From the NCBI GenBank assembly GCA_951406725.2, contig OX597826.1, positions 14,756,001 to 14,820,000 of the forward strand: a stretch of DNA of 64,000 nucleotides. The letters are read 5' to 3'. The position numbers and the translations under genes were made by a program. Origin of the DNA: Octopus vulgaris. Lineage: Eukaryota. Every line of letters starts with the position of its first letter. The first letter of the stretch is position 1. The notes under the pieces are model-generated. The model was not told the origin of the DNA and ran no database searches. It saw nothing but the letters and a program-made list of their open reading frames with translations. Positions 1 to 11,931 of the stretch are shown here, in pieces.

Positions 1-314
1 ACTTAATGCACAATCTTACAGACTTAATACACATCACTCTCCCTCTTTACCTCTCACTTTTCGCTTTACCTTCTTTTTCTCTCGCCTTTCGGGTCAGCTA
101 ATCACGTGAAGGCGTTGCAGATGGGCTAAGTAACGGAGAACAAAAAACTTAGTTTTAAAAATACACGTTTTACTCACCACCACTTCTCCCTCCTATCTCC
201 CTATCTCTCCACCTTCTCCTCCTCCCACCCGCTTATCCCTCCCGCTTCAACTAATCACGTGGAAGTGTTGCAGACGGTCTAAGTAACGGAAGAACAAGCA
301 GAATTATTATAAGA
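1..314 (-). mobile_element. Probable non-autonomous Helitron 5' part, with an internal ~55 bp direct repeat (about 95-147 and 248-300)
   Basis: Minus strand starts A|TCTTATAATAATTCTG..., like the TC-TATA starts of the Helitrons at 8995 and 22286. CTAATCACGTG..GTTGCAGA..CTAAGTAACGGA occurs twice. The 3' end lies outside the window. Confidence 0.35.
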
Positions 315-569
315 TATTTTACTTCTGAGATCTCTTTTTGGTCGGGTTAATTCTATGAGAACAGATAGCAACCTTTCTACGATGCTTAGCACCTGAATAC
401 TAATCTTAAAATCCTCGCTGTCCCCAACAGAACAGGTTTTGAGCATGTTCTACCCTTATGTTAATTCCAATATCTCCAACATATTTCTGAAACCTGGTTG
501 TTACTGCTACAGCTATTGGGATGTAGTCACTTGGTGGTTTAAGCTATCATTATTTTTATTATTATTAAG

Positions 570-975
570 ACGGTGGGACAGAAGAATCATTAGCACGTTG
601 GACAAAATGCTTAGTGGTATTTCTTCCGTATCTACATTCCTCGGAAGTCGATTGAATTTGCTCTTTTCGGAGTCGATAGAATATGTACCTGTTAAGTATC
701 GAAGTCAACGTAATCGATTAGTCCCCAACCCCTGCAATTTCAGGCCTTGTGCCTATAGTAGAAAGTATTATTTTTTAAGGCAGTGAGCTGGCACAGTTGT
801 TACCGCCCCAGGAATAAAGCTGAGCGGCATTTTCACCTGTTCTGCATTCAATTTCCGCTTTGGTTGACTTTGTCTTTCATCCCTCTGGGTCGATGAAATG
901 AGGACCAGTTGAGCACTGGGGTCGATGTAATAGACTATCTCCACCCTAAAACAATTCAGATCGTATGTCTATACC
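570..975 (+). mobile_element. Two decayed tandem SINE family B copies
   Basis: Degenerate GGCxGxGAGCTGGCAG head and GTTGACTTTGxCTTTCATCC...GGTCGATxAAATxAGxACCAG core shared with the other B copies. Confidence 0.7.
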
Positions 976-997
976 AGGGGAGATTATTTATTTATTT

Positions 998-1425
998 GGC
1001 GAGCTGGCATAACCTATTTCTTTACTACCCACAAGGGGCTAAACACAGAGAGGACAAAGAAGGACAGACAAACAGATTAAGTCGATTTTATCGACCGCAA
1101 TATGTAACTGGTACTTAATTTATCGACCACGAAAGGATGAAAGGCAAAGTCAACCTCGGCGGAATTTGAACTCAGAACGTAGCGGCAGACGAAATACTGC
1201 TAAGCATTTCGCCCGGCGTGCTACCGTTACTGCCAGCTTGGCATAACCATTAGTAGATCGGACAAACTACTAAGAGGTACTTCAGTTCTGCGTTCAAATC
1301 GTGCTGAAGTCAACTTTGCTTTCCCTTTTTGTAGGGTCGATAATACACAATCTTAGTTAAGTACTTGTGACAATGTAATCGATTTACCCTATCCATCGAA
1401 ATTGCTCTTCTCGAGTTAAAATTAG
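998..1425 (+). mobile_element. Old SINE B copy interrupted by a younger antisense SINE B
   Basis: Head GGCGAGCTGGCATAACC at 998-1014 resumes at about 1240 and continues into the core GTCAACTTTGCTTTC...GGTCGATAA. Confidence 0.7.
1015..1238 (-). mobile_element. Young SINE B subfamily copy (tail ...TTTAGCCCCTTGTGGGTAGTAAAGAAATA) with 10-bp TSD
   Basis: TGGCATAACC at 1005-1014 and 1239-1248; body close to 57250-57475. Confidence 0.85.
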
Positions 1426-2053
1426 AATAATTTCTTATTAGTAGTAGTGGTAAATGTTTCAATATGATTGATATTTTTGCTTTTTAATAAAGACTTATAT
1501 AATATTTCCATATAATCAGTTTGATAAATCACAGTTTATCTGAAACTACACTCTATGATAAATTACTGTTTACTGAGTTTTGTAAATGGTCGCCATCTAG
1601 TGAGATAACTCATGTTTATACATCCACCTACATACACATGCGTACTTACAAGAATTCATACAAACATCACAAAACGGGAAAGAGCGCTATCAGGAAATTT
1701 CATCTACAAGCAATCAATAATACGATCAAATTATGTAAAACATTGTAAAACGTTAGCACGTGTTTTTCTGAGTATATTAAATAATTTTAAAGGGCTATTG
1801 CTGAAATGAGCTAAAATTAGGCTTTCGTATATATACCTCTATGGATTTGTTTTTTCGAGCACAGCGTGTTACTTATCAAATGACAAATTATTTAAGGACA
1901 ATAAAAAGAATGGTGGATATATTTACCCGATGTTGAGAAAACAATGAAAAAGTATTTAGTTACTAATGATTTTAATTAAAAAATGTACAAGTTTGTTATT
2001 TTTGAAAACATCGTTTTATCATCGCTGCACTTCACATTTGTGTGTGTATATGT

Positions 2054-2098
<45 letters not shown>

Positions 2099-2163
2099 GT
2101 ATGCGCGCGCTCAGGCGTGTGTATGTGTCTTTTTCTTTGTGTAATCAGCCATTCAAATAGAGG

Positions 2164-2331
2164 CAGGCGTGGCTATGTGGTTGTGTGGTAAGAAGCTTCC
2201 TTCTCAACTACATGGTTCCGAGTTCAGTCCCACTGCGTGACAAATACGTCAAGTGTCTTCTAATACGTCCTTGGGCCGACCAAAGCCTCTTGAGTGGATT
2301 TGGAAGATTGAAACTGAAAGAAACCCATCGT
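2164..2331 (+). mobile_element. SINE family A, 5' half, diverged
   Basis: tRNA-like A/B boxes TGGCTxTGTGG..GGTTCAGTCCCA, then CAAGTGTCTTCT...GAAACTGAAAGAA. Confidence 0.8.
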
Positions 2332-2619
2332 AAAGAGCCATCAGTAAAGAGTTATATTTTATCACAAAATCTAAACCTCTTTTGAATGCGTCCACCACAA
2401 ATGACACTATTACAAGGGCCTTAGAATATTAAAAACAATAAATTCAGAACAGTCACTTCGCATGAATTTATTCAGAACAATTCCAATCATTATTATTACA
2501 ATCACAACAGGTCACTTTTAGGTCACTTGTTCATTTAAGAGGATTTCACCAGCATCCTACTACTCTCATGCCACTCCCGCATTTTTACCATTCTTTCTCT
2601 CCTTTTCCTACTCCCTCTT

Positions 2620-2642
2620 CTTGTTCTTGTTCTTCTTCTTCT

Positions 2643-2677
<35 letters not shown>

Positions 2678-2700
2678 TTCTTCGTCGTCGTCGTCATCGT
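2620..2700. repeat. (CTT)n/(CGT)n microsatellite
   Basis: Direct reading. Confidence 0.95.
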
Positions 2701-3054
2701 CACCTCCTTTTTCAGCGACTACTGTTGCTTAAATAAGCAAAACCAAGAGCTCATATTAGGACTACTACTACCTGCTACCTGCTACTAAGATCTCACATGA
2801 GTAAAAGAGAGAAACAGACAGAAACTGTTCCTTGCATTTGAAAACTATGGAAATATTTTTCAAAAACATTTCATTTAATTTTTCACAATTTAATTGATTT
2901 TCATGCTTTACTCTAAGATGAAAAAGTCGCAAAGACTGAACTCGGTAATAAAATGTTCTTCTTGATAAAATTAATTTAGCATTTTCTGAGTCGTTTTATT
3001 TTCCTTATACATATCAACTCGCGTGTTCCTTTTCAACCTTAAACACGCACACAC

Positions 3055-3056
<2 letters not shown>

Positions 3057-3130
<74 letters not shown>
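3057..3130. repeat. (TA)n microsatellite
   Basis: Direct reading. Confidence 0.98.
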
Positions 3131-3134
<4 letters not shown>

Positions 3135-3207
3135 TGACGGTGCCCCAGGATGACCGCAGCCTCAAGGCTGAAATATATAAAAGAATAAAAGTACATATAT
3201 ATATATA

Positions 3208-3748
3208 TAGGAGTAGGTGTGGTTGTGTGGTAAGTACCTTGCTTAACAACCACATAGTTCCGGGTTCAGTGCCACGGAGGAATGAATAAATTTACACATG
3301 TGATCAAACTTCTAACTTCAATGGGCGCACCAAAGCAGAGGTATCAATTGTACAAAGAATTTCACACAGACCAGTAGATGTTCTCGTTTCATTTAAGATA
3401 TTTCCGTTTCCAAACTATCTGAGCTTTCCTATATCAATCATTACATCGCGAGTGTTAATAGACGGAAACTGAAAGAAGCCCGTCGTATATATGCATATAT
3501 ATATATATGTGTGTGTATATGTTTTTGTGTCTGTGTTTGTCCTCCCAACATCACTTGACAAACGATGCTGGTGTGTTTATGTCTCCGTAACTTAGCGGTT
3601 CGGCAAAAAAACGATAAAATAAGTACTAGGCTTACAAAGAATAAGTCCTGGGGTCGATTGGTCGATTTGCTCGACTAAAGGCAGTGCTCCAGCATGGCCA
3701 CAGTCAAATGACTGAAACAAGTAAAAGAGTAAAAGAGAGTAAAAGAGT
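3208..3748 (+). mobile_element. SINE family A, with ~70 bp replaced by a foreign 184-bp segment (3277-3460)
   Basis: Head 3208-3275; body resumes GACGGAAACTGAAAGAAGCCCGTCG at 3461; (GAGTAAAA)n tail. Confidence 0.85.
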
Positions 3749-3885
3749 ATACATATAAATATACATATGTATGTACATATGTATATATATATACTCATAT
3801 ATACATATACATATGTAAATATAAACGCATAAATACATATATATATGCATATATGTATATATATATATATATATACACACACATA

Positions 3886-3901
3886 TATAGATTAGATAGA
3901 C

Positions 3902-3953
<52 letters not shown>

Positions 3954-3971
3954 GATAGGTAGGTAGGTAGG

Positions 3972-4055
<84 letters not shown>

Positions 4056-4085
4056 GGTAGGTAGGTAGGTAGGTAGGTAAGTAGG

Positions 4086-4127
<42 letters not shown>

Positions 4128-4135
4128 TATAGATA
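3886..4135. repeat. (GATA)n/(GGTA)n compound microsatellite
   Basis: Direct reading. Confidence 0.98.
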
Positions 4136-4675
4136 GCTGGGGAGAGAGAGAAAGAGAGCGAAAGAAGAAATGTAGCCAGTAAGAACATATCAATAAGTGA
4201 TGAATGTAGTAACTATTCTAAGAAGTAACATTTATCGCCACATCAATATGGCTGTTTCTACGTTACTACCTTTTAACACCAGGCAGATCCTCCGTCTGTT
4301 GGTTATTGGTGCAGCCTGTACCTTGCGTATATTGCAAAGAGGGCAGTGAACCCCCACCATTCTCTAGCAGACAATTGGATCACGAAACCGAACGTTTTCG
4401 AGCTACTTGTGCTCATTTCCTGTCGTGAACACCCGGCCGCTAGACATAGCAGAGATTCGCCCCAGTTCGCAATATGCAGAAAAATTAGCGTCCATCGATC
4501 ACTAATATTGCAACATGCAAAGTAGCTAGTAAGAATAATCTTAATAAGAGAAAAATCTCGTGAACCTCATCGACGACCAAAAGGCAAAATTCTTCTTAAT
4601 TATTCTATGAATAATTGCCCTCTGTATTCATCTCTATTCCACTTGCTCTCAATATCTCCAAAGGGATAACCCTTA

Positions 4676-4890
4676 GGAGACGTCGAGCTGGCAGAACTGC
4701 ATGCCGGGAAAAATTCGTTGCAGCATTTCGTCCGTTCTGACTTCTGAGTTCAAATTACACGGACGTCGACTTTCACTTTCATTCTTTGGAGCTCGATAAA
4801 AATACGAACCAGTTGAGTACTGAGGTCTTTTTAATCGACTTACCCCTTCTCTAGAAAATGCTGGCCGTGTGCCAAAATCTGAAACCAGCA
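4676..4890 (+). mobile_element. SINE family B
   Basis: CGAGCTGGCAGAA head, TTCTGAGTTCAAAT B-box, GTCGACTTT core. Confidence 0.8.
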
Positions 4891-5049
4891 TTCATAATTT
4901 TGAACTAAAGTAAAAATTTTAAACTTATCTGCAAACACGAAACTCAAACTTTTCTGTGATGAGCTTCATACTCATTTTACAAAATATTTCTCATTAATAA
5001 GGAAAGGAAAGTTTTCCTCCGGTCTGAAAGGGTGCCAAAGAAAGAGAAG

Positions 5050-5456
5050 AACCTCAATAATGCTACCGCAATTTTTGATCAGCTGCATCTCCCCAATAAC
5101 GCAGGATAAATGGATGCGAAATGGTTTTAGAGGAATGAATAAATTTACCCGTGATCAAACTTCTAACTTCACTGGGCGCACAAAAGGAGAGGTATCAATT
5201 ATACAAAGAATTTCATACAGACCAGTAGATGTTCCCGTTTCATTTAAGATATTTCCGTTTCCAAAATATCTGAGCTTTCCTATATCAATCATTACAACGC
5301 GAGTGTTAATATTGACAGTTGCTGAATTGAATTTTGAGATCTAACGCTTTGCTAATGACCTGTTATGTATGGGATGTTCAATAGTTGGAAGCCCCCATAA
5401 TCTCACTTTATATCACTGATCTTAAAAGTATTGAGTATCCTGAAGTGCTGACATGA
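5050..5456 (+). pseudogene. Helitron RepHel PIF1-type helicase C-terminus remnant
   Basis: Reads FTGRTKGEVSIIQRISYRPVDVPVSFKIFPFPKYLSFPISI..LTVAELNFEI*RFANDLLCMGCSIVGSPHNL..KSIEYPEVLT*. This is collinear with the Helitron helicase consensus as I recall it (GxxVxIPRIxxxPxDxPFxFKRxQFPxxLxFAMTINK..GLxL..CFSHGQLYVAxSRVG..TKNxVYxEVL). Contains stops and frameshifts. Confidence 0.8.
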
Positions 5457-6019
5457 CAATGTTCCGAAACTGAGAAGGCTATGACAGATCTAGATTTAAT
5501 ATCATATGAAAGGGAGCTCATCACAACAATTAGTATCATTTCTTTATCACTACAAAAATTATCATTTCTGCATATGAATAGGTGGGTCAGCCGTAAGCAT
5601 ATTTGTTTTCATGCCTCATAAAACCGATATCATTTCTAATGTTTGTATAACACCTGGCATTCTGATTTCTAAACGTGATTCATTTGAGCAGTTAAAAGAT
5701 TTTGTCAATGAATAATATATTTAAGTTCAATAATAAATGTGGAATATAAGTCTTTAATGCAAATCCAGAATTCTGGGATCCGGAATTATCCAGTAATTTT
5801 TTGCTAGTTTTATTTTGTCTTTTTGTCTTCTCTCCTTGTGCTGTATGAACATTTAATGGGGGTTTAAGAGTCAGATTTTGGCTGGTATTTTCAGCATGGG
5901 GTATCTCGTAGATACCCTAAATTATAATTTTAATAATAATAATTAACTTTGAAGGGTTTTTTTTCCATGCTGGCCACTTGATAAGATCGATATTTAATTT
6001 AAATTAACGATCTTATCCT

Positions 6020-6066
<47 letters not shown>

Positions 6067-6104
6067 TATGTATGTATGTATGTATGTATATATGTTATAT
6101 GTAC

Positions 6105-6285
6105 GTATGTGGGTGTATATGTCTGTTTGTCTGTGTTTAGGTCCCCGTCACTTAGCGGTTCGGCAAAAGATACCGATAGAATAAGTACTAGGCTTACAAA
6201 GAATAAGTCCTGGGGCCGATTTGATTCGACTAAAGGCGGTGCTCCAGCATGGCTGCAGTCAAATGACTGAAACAAGTAAAAGAAA
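6105..6285 (+). mobile_element. SINE family A, 3' half
   Basis: CTTAGCGGTTCGGCAAAAGA..GATAGAATAAGTACTAGG..GGTGCTCCAGCATGGC..GACTGAAACAAGTAAAAG. Confidence 0.85.
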
Positions 6286-6709
6286 ACCTTCTGCGCCAAT
6301 AAACCACTATTATTCCTGAAAGTTTGTTTTTATATATTCTACAGATTGCTTGAAGCTCACTAACGTCCAGCACCGAATTTTTAGATCTTGGCTTTACATA
6401 CACAAATAGTCACTGTGAGGATATTTAGAGCTCTTATACAGATATTTTTATCCAAGATACACTGGTTTGATATACATCTTCACCTACAAATTGTTTCATT
6501 TTGCATCCAATTTAAACTGCAAAGCACCTATAAATATATAGTCATACATTTCAAACTGATTGAAAATCACCACGGCAAGGAAAAAGGACAATACAAGGAT
6601 TACATTATGATCTGTTGAAATACTCCAATATACTAAGAATATATAAGCATGCTTAGTATGTGTGTATGTGTGTGCGAACACATGCGTTAAATTTACACAT
6701 ATGCATATA

Positions 6710-6771
<62 letters not shown>

Positions 6772-6774
<3 letters not shown>

Positions 6775-6955
6775 GCAAAAGATGAAGATGGGTATGTAAA
6801 CAACAAACAGATGTATTAGTTTAACGTTCGGGAAGTGTGAAAGTATTTTATGTTTCGAGCCTACGCTCTTCAACAGAAAAGAACACAGAAATATGCAGAG
6901 AGAGAAAATAAAAAAAAAAGTTTTCGTGGTTAGCGATCAATCATGGTGAATTCTA
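6772..6955 (-). mobile_element. Penelope-like pseudo-LTR unit (subfamily 1) inside (TA)n
   Basis: Homologous to 10512-10702 and to 53012-53090, which precedes a PLE RT remnant; flanked by TA tracts; carries a hammerhead-like motif. Confidence 0.7.
6846..6880 (-). ncRNA. Minimal hammerhead-ribozyme-like motif (degenerate)
   Basis: UUUU-CUGUUGA-A-GAGC(GUAG)GCUC-GAAAC-AUA-AAAU; A6>U change and decayed helix III. Confidence 0.5.
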
Positions 6956-6972
6956 TATCTATACACACACAC

Positions 6973-7022
<50 letters not shown>

Positions 7023-7029
7023 ATTATTC

Positions 7030-7071
<42 letters not shown>

Positions 7072-7891
7072 GCAATTATTCGTATATGTGCCTGTGTGTA
7101 GTGAAGGCTGTATGTGCGATTGTGAGTTTAGTCTTATACTGATCAAACAAACAGTGTTGATTATAACTGTTTGTGATAAACAAAATTATATCTATTGTTT
7201 TTAACTATTGTAAATCGTTTTGAAGAAACTAAAATATTTGGCAACAATAAATGGTTAAATATAATTTTCTTTTTCTTTCCTAAATACAAACAAAATTGCT
7301 TTTTTGCCTTATGATTGCTAAAAGAAATATTAACAGAAAACGTTTTCTTTTAAGCAAAATTAAAAATCGCTGTAAAAATAAAACGAAGCAATCCACAATG
7401 TATAAATCACTGAGTTACAAAATTCCCAATTCTAGCTCAAAGTTTGAAGCGCTTTGAAGTGCATCACACTCTAGTCTACATATAAAGAGGTAAACAACAG
7501 AAGATGGTAACAGCCATCTGCAATAGTGAACAAGAAGCCATCTCAGCATACATGCCCCAAGTGTTCGTCATATATAATCTGTTGAGTGACCAAAGTAGAG
7601 TCATCAATGTATCGCCGAAGTGCTTGACATCATTACGAATTGAAAAGATGCTACTGGCATCCCAGACATCGAAAATAGAAAACTCAAATGCTAATTGTGG
7701 TAAAACAATCTTCCGCTGAGCGTTCTTCACATTCGTGTCGACAGGATCCCTACAATGCACCACAGCTATTAACATCACTGCTGCAATCGCAAAGTGAAGC
7801 AACTGTCGAGCAACAGCTGTACCAACACAATTATCCAAAACAACTCAGATACTTGAATGTACGTTTGCACTGCAACGGAAAGTGAACAACC

Positions 7892-7990
7892 AGATATATA
7901 GAAATATTCCTACAAATATATAGATTGTAGATATATAGAAATATTCCTTCGAATATATAGATTGTAGATATATAAAAATATTCCTGCGAA
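7892..7990. repeat. 37-bp minisatellite, ~2.7 copies
   Basis: AGATATATAGAAATATTCCTxCxAATATATAGATTGT repeated. Confidence 0.9.
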
Positions 7991-8994
7991 CAACCAGCAC
8001 ATTAACGTTAGGGGGTTATTTGAAAGGCATCTTAGAGATACGCAGGTATTGTATAGTACAAAATCCTCACAAATCTGCTCAAGCATTTCCAGCCTTAATG
8101 ACGGATTTCACTAATGTCCCGATGTGAATTCGTGAAATCGCAGCGGGTCATCTAAGTTATACTAAGATTATCGTCGGGTTGAATAAGTTACCATAATTTC
8201 TTTTCTAATAGTTGGCTATGTGGACCATACATTCGTGGCGCTACATTCAACTTAGAACAGATCAGCAAACAGTAAGGCCTGAAAGCGTCCTTCGTAGCTC
8301 TGAAAAGTTTGAGTGTCAGGATTAGCCAACTATTTAAACGTTGTTTCACGTAGCCCTTCTTTAGTAACAAATGGTGGGTTTTGATAAAAACGAACATCTG
8401 TTATCGAGACTTAGTGCAAAATATGAGGCTTACATTGCACATTCTAGGGACTGTTCGGAAAAACACGAAGGCATGAAACCCATTGGAATGACACGGAAGG
8501 TGTGGCAGCCTAGCAACAAATCCTCTGTCCAGATTTTGATGGTCATAGAAGACACTTTCTGCACGAATGCAAGCAGATATATGTAATTTTGCAGGAGCAC
8601 TTGCACAATTGGTCGAGCGAAATACTGAACAGCGTACGTCATACATTCCAACCAGCGGCCACTTCGTACAACAACAATCATTGCTGCTGCTCTTCACGCT
8701 ATTGTTAGTATTTCTGATGCTAATAGTGTTGTAGTTATTGCTGTAGTCGTTGGGGTTGTTGAGATTGCAGTGTTGGCAGTAGGGGAAGCTTTCCTTCAGC
8801 GACCGCTTTCTGTTTCGCTTCATATTGCGTGCAGAAAGCTTTATGGCGGTCATTGTTCCCGCAAGGTTTTCATTTCCAACAGAATGTAGGCTCTTCCAAC
8901 GCAACACATTTCGCTGACCTACCAGATGGCTGATTCCAACTGTACGATTTTTATTCCGATCACATTCCGTCTGAGCTAAACCAAAATCTATCTA

Positions 8995-9351
8995 TCTATA
9001 TATATATATATAAACGGCAAAATGTCTGTGTGTGCGTCCTTTATACAAATCCACAATTTTTCAGTTAGAGGGCTTGCACTTTCTAATGTCATTCAAAACC
9101 GTCCAAGGTCGTGCACATTTTTACATTTCCCCAGTCAAAGCCATTAAAAAATCAATAGAAGTGATTTTTTTGTGAATTTTCTATCCAAAACCCAATCAAA
9201 ATGCCCGAAACTTGATAGGCCAATTGAATGCCAGCTAGCTGTATGTGATTGGTCGGAGATTTGGACAGTACTCGCGTGTATATGCACACACACACAGCTG
9301 TATATGCATGCACTAGCACTATGACTCGGCAACGCCGGGTCATAGTGCTAT
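8995..9351 (+). mobile_element. Non-autonomous Helitron
   Basis: 5' TCTATATATATA..AAACGGCAAAATGTCTGTGTG; 3' hairpin CGGCAACGCCGG ending ...GTGCTAT (CTAG-like). Confidence 0.75.
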
Positions 9352-9705
9352 TATCAATATAAATTCCTTATTTTAGATTAGACGATAGCGTGTTTCAGTG
9401 CTCCGAATGAAAATAGCCATACGCGGTTATGCCGGCTGTCATTAATCATAAAGCCTCTGTCTCTTTCAATATTTTTCAGACGTAGTTCTGTTTGTTCCGT
9501 TGAGATTTACTTCTGTCTAAATATTTTCAAAATTATCTCTGTCTACCACCATTTGTTTGTCTTTCCTCCACCACCATCCTAAGATACTTTGGATCATTGG
9601 AACCGTTTGAGTTTTCCGATTTCTGAATGGATTTTGTTCAATGAGACTAAATTGAATGTTTTGACCGCATGGGCAAAAATGCGTTCAGCTCTACAACAGT
9701 AGTGA

Positions 9706-9721
9706 TTACTACTACTACTAT

Positions 9722-9771
<50 letters not shown>

Positions 9772-9774
9772 ATG

Positions 9775-9830
<56 letters not shown>
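9706..9830. repeat. (TAC)n(TAA)n microsatellite
   Basis: Direct reading. Confidence 0.98.
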
Positions 9831-9832
<2 letters not shown>

Positions 9833-10235
9833 TCCTTTGTACTATAGGCGCAAGGCCTGAAATTTTGGGGGAGGGATCTAGTCGATTATATCGACCGCAG
9901 TGCGTAACTGGTACTTATTTTATCGACCTCGAAAGATGAAAGGCAAAGTCAACCTCATCGAAATTTGAACTCAGACAGTAAGGACGGACAAAACGCTGCT
10001 AAGCATTTTGTCCGGTGTGCTAACGATTCTACCAGCTCCTCGCCTTTATAAGCTTCCCAATTTTGGCACAAGGTCAATATCGGGCGAGGCGATAAATCGA
10101 TTATATCCCCAGTACTCACCAGCTAACTATTTTATCGACCCCGAAAGGATTAAGGGAAAAAGTCGACCTCTATAGAATTTGAAATCAGAACATAAAGAAG
10201 GGCCAAATGGTGCAAACAATTCAGTCACATCGCTA
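9830..10235 (-). mobile_element. Two tandem SINE B copies
   Basis: Reverse-complement core TATCGACC..GAAAGxxTxAAGG..AAAGTCxACCTC..ATTTGAAxTCAGA present twice. Confidence 0.8.
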
Positions 10236-10467
10236 CCTTACTCATTACTCTTTACTCTATTACTTGTTTCAGTCATTTGACTGTGGCCATGCTGGAGCAC
10301 CGCCTTTAGCCGAGCAAATTGACCCCAGGACTTATTTTTTGTAGACCTAGTACTTATTCTATCGGCTTCTTTTGCCGAACCGCTAAGTTACGGGGACGTA
10401 AACACACCAGCATCGGTTGTCAAGCGCTGTTGGGGCGACAAACACAGACACACAAACGTATACACAT

Positions 10468-10511
<44 letters not shown>

Positions 10512-10512
<1 letters not shown>

Positions 10513-10702
10513 GGGAGAGTTTACGAAAAAAACAAAAGATGAATACAGGTAGTGTACAAAACAAACAGATGTATTAGTATAACGCTCAGGAATAGAAAAA
10601 GTCTTTTACGTTTCGAGCCTACGCTCTTCTACAGAAAGGTACACAGAAAAAACAAGGAGAGAAACAAGGGAAGAAAAAATGTGTGTAGTGGCTAACGATC
10701 TA
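10512..10702 (-). mobile_element. Penelope-like pseudo-LTR unit (subfamily 1) inside (TA)n
   Basis: Homologous to 6772-6955 and 53012-53090. Confidence 0.7.
10603..10638 (-). ncRNA. Minimal type I hammerhead-like motif
   Basis: CUUU-CUGUAGA-A-GAGC(GUAG)GCUC-GAAAC-GUA^AAAG. Stem I CUUU/AAAG, palindromic ACGU helix III, A6>U variant. Confidence 0.6.
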
Positions 10703-10705
10703 TTA

Positions 10706-10750
<45 letters not shown>

Positions 10751-10817
10751 GACGGGCTTCTTTCAGTTTGCGTCTACCAAATCCACCCACAAGGCTTTGG
10801 TCGGCCCTAGGAAGACA

Positions 10818-11020
<203 letters not shown>

Positions 11021-11027
11021 AGCAGCT

Positions 11028-11315
11028 ATGATGATTTAAAGTGTGAAATTCGAAGGTTGTGATGAATGAAAAGAGTAGACGTGAAACCAATATTAATTGT
11101 CAGATTTGGAAATAGCAGCACTCAACATGGCTGAAAAATATCGGTGCAATTGTGAAGGTAGAACACCTACAAAAGTCAGCATTGATCGGAAGTGCAAGAA
11201 TTTTTCGTAGGGCTCTTGAAGCATGACAGGTAAAACAAGTGTCACCTTAGTTTGCTGGCTGTGGACAGCTGACACTTCCCATCATACCCAGCAATATAAA
11301 TTGTGGGTTTTAATA
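11028..11315 (+). mobile_element. R4/Dong-type LINE 3' fragment (RLE C-terminus and 3' UTR)
   Basis: YDDLKCEIRRL..VDVKPILI..WLKNIGAIVKVEHLQKSALIGSARIFRRALEA*; 3' UTR GTGTCACCTTAGTT..ACAGCTGACACT resembles about 35005-35045. Confidence 0.75.
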
Positions 11316-11383
11316 CAAGAAGAAGAAGGAGGAGGAGAAGAAGGGAGAGGGGGGAGGGGAGCGGAGCGGAGGAGGAGGAGAAG

Positions 11384-11931
11384 AAATGGCCTAATGCAGT
11401 ACCAGGCAGTGGCTCTCATGGCTTCTGATCTTAACTGATTGGAAGTGTTATCATGTACATTGTTTTGTCTTGGTATAAAAGATGGGTTACAGCAAATATT
11501 CTGCTCAATACCACATATTTGCTTGTCAGTTGTTTGACCTTAACCAGTTGAGCATGTCCCTTAGAGGCTGACGATATGTACATCTCTGATCACGAGCAGA
11601 AGTAGTGGGGGAGCATCATAGCCATGTGTTGGGAGGGATTCTTTGGGGTTTGAATAATTCACCTCTGGAAATATGGATGTTTTGTTCAACATCCTTAAAA
11701 ACCTTTATTCAGGAACTGTTTGAGTGGGATGAGCTACTCGATCTGAAGAAAAATTTAACTTGGCCCCAACAGTAAGGTCGTGTGCTGTTTATTTTGATAT
11801 AAAACTATGTCATGCACATATGGTTGTCATGCATGTGCCTGGTGTACCCTTATCATGATGAGTATACTGGGCTTCGCATAGTTTACTTCGGTGTCATTTT
11901 GATGGTATGCACTGCTTTCTCACATAATAAT
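11384..11931 (+). mobile_element. TAA-tailed non-coding retroposon (same family as 26992-27465 and 35957-36026)
   Basis: High similarity to the reverse complement of 26992-27465; ends GATGGxATGCACTGCTxTCTCAC + (TAA)n. Confidence 0.75.
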
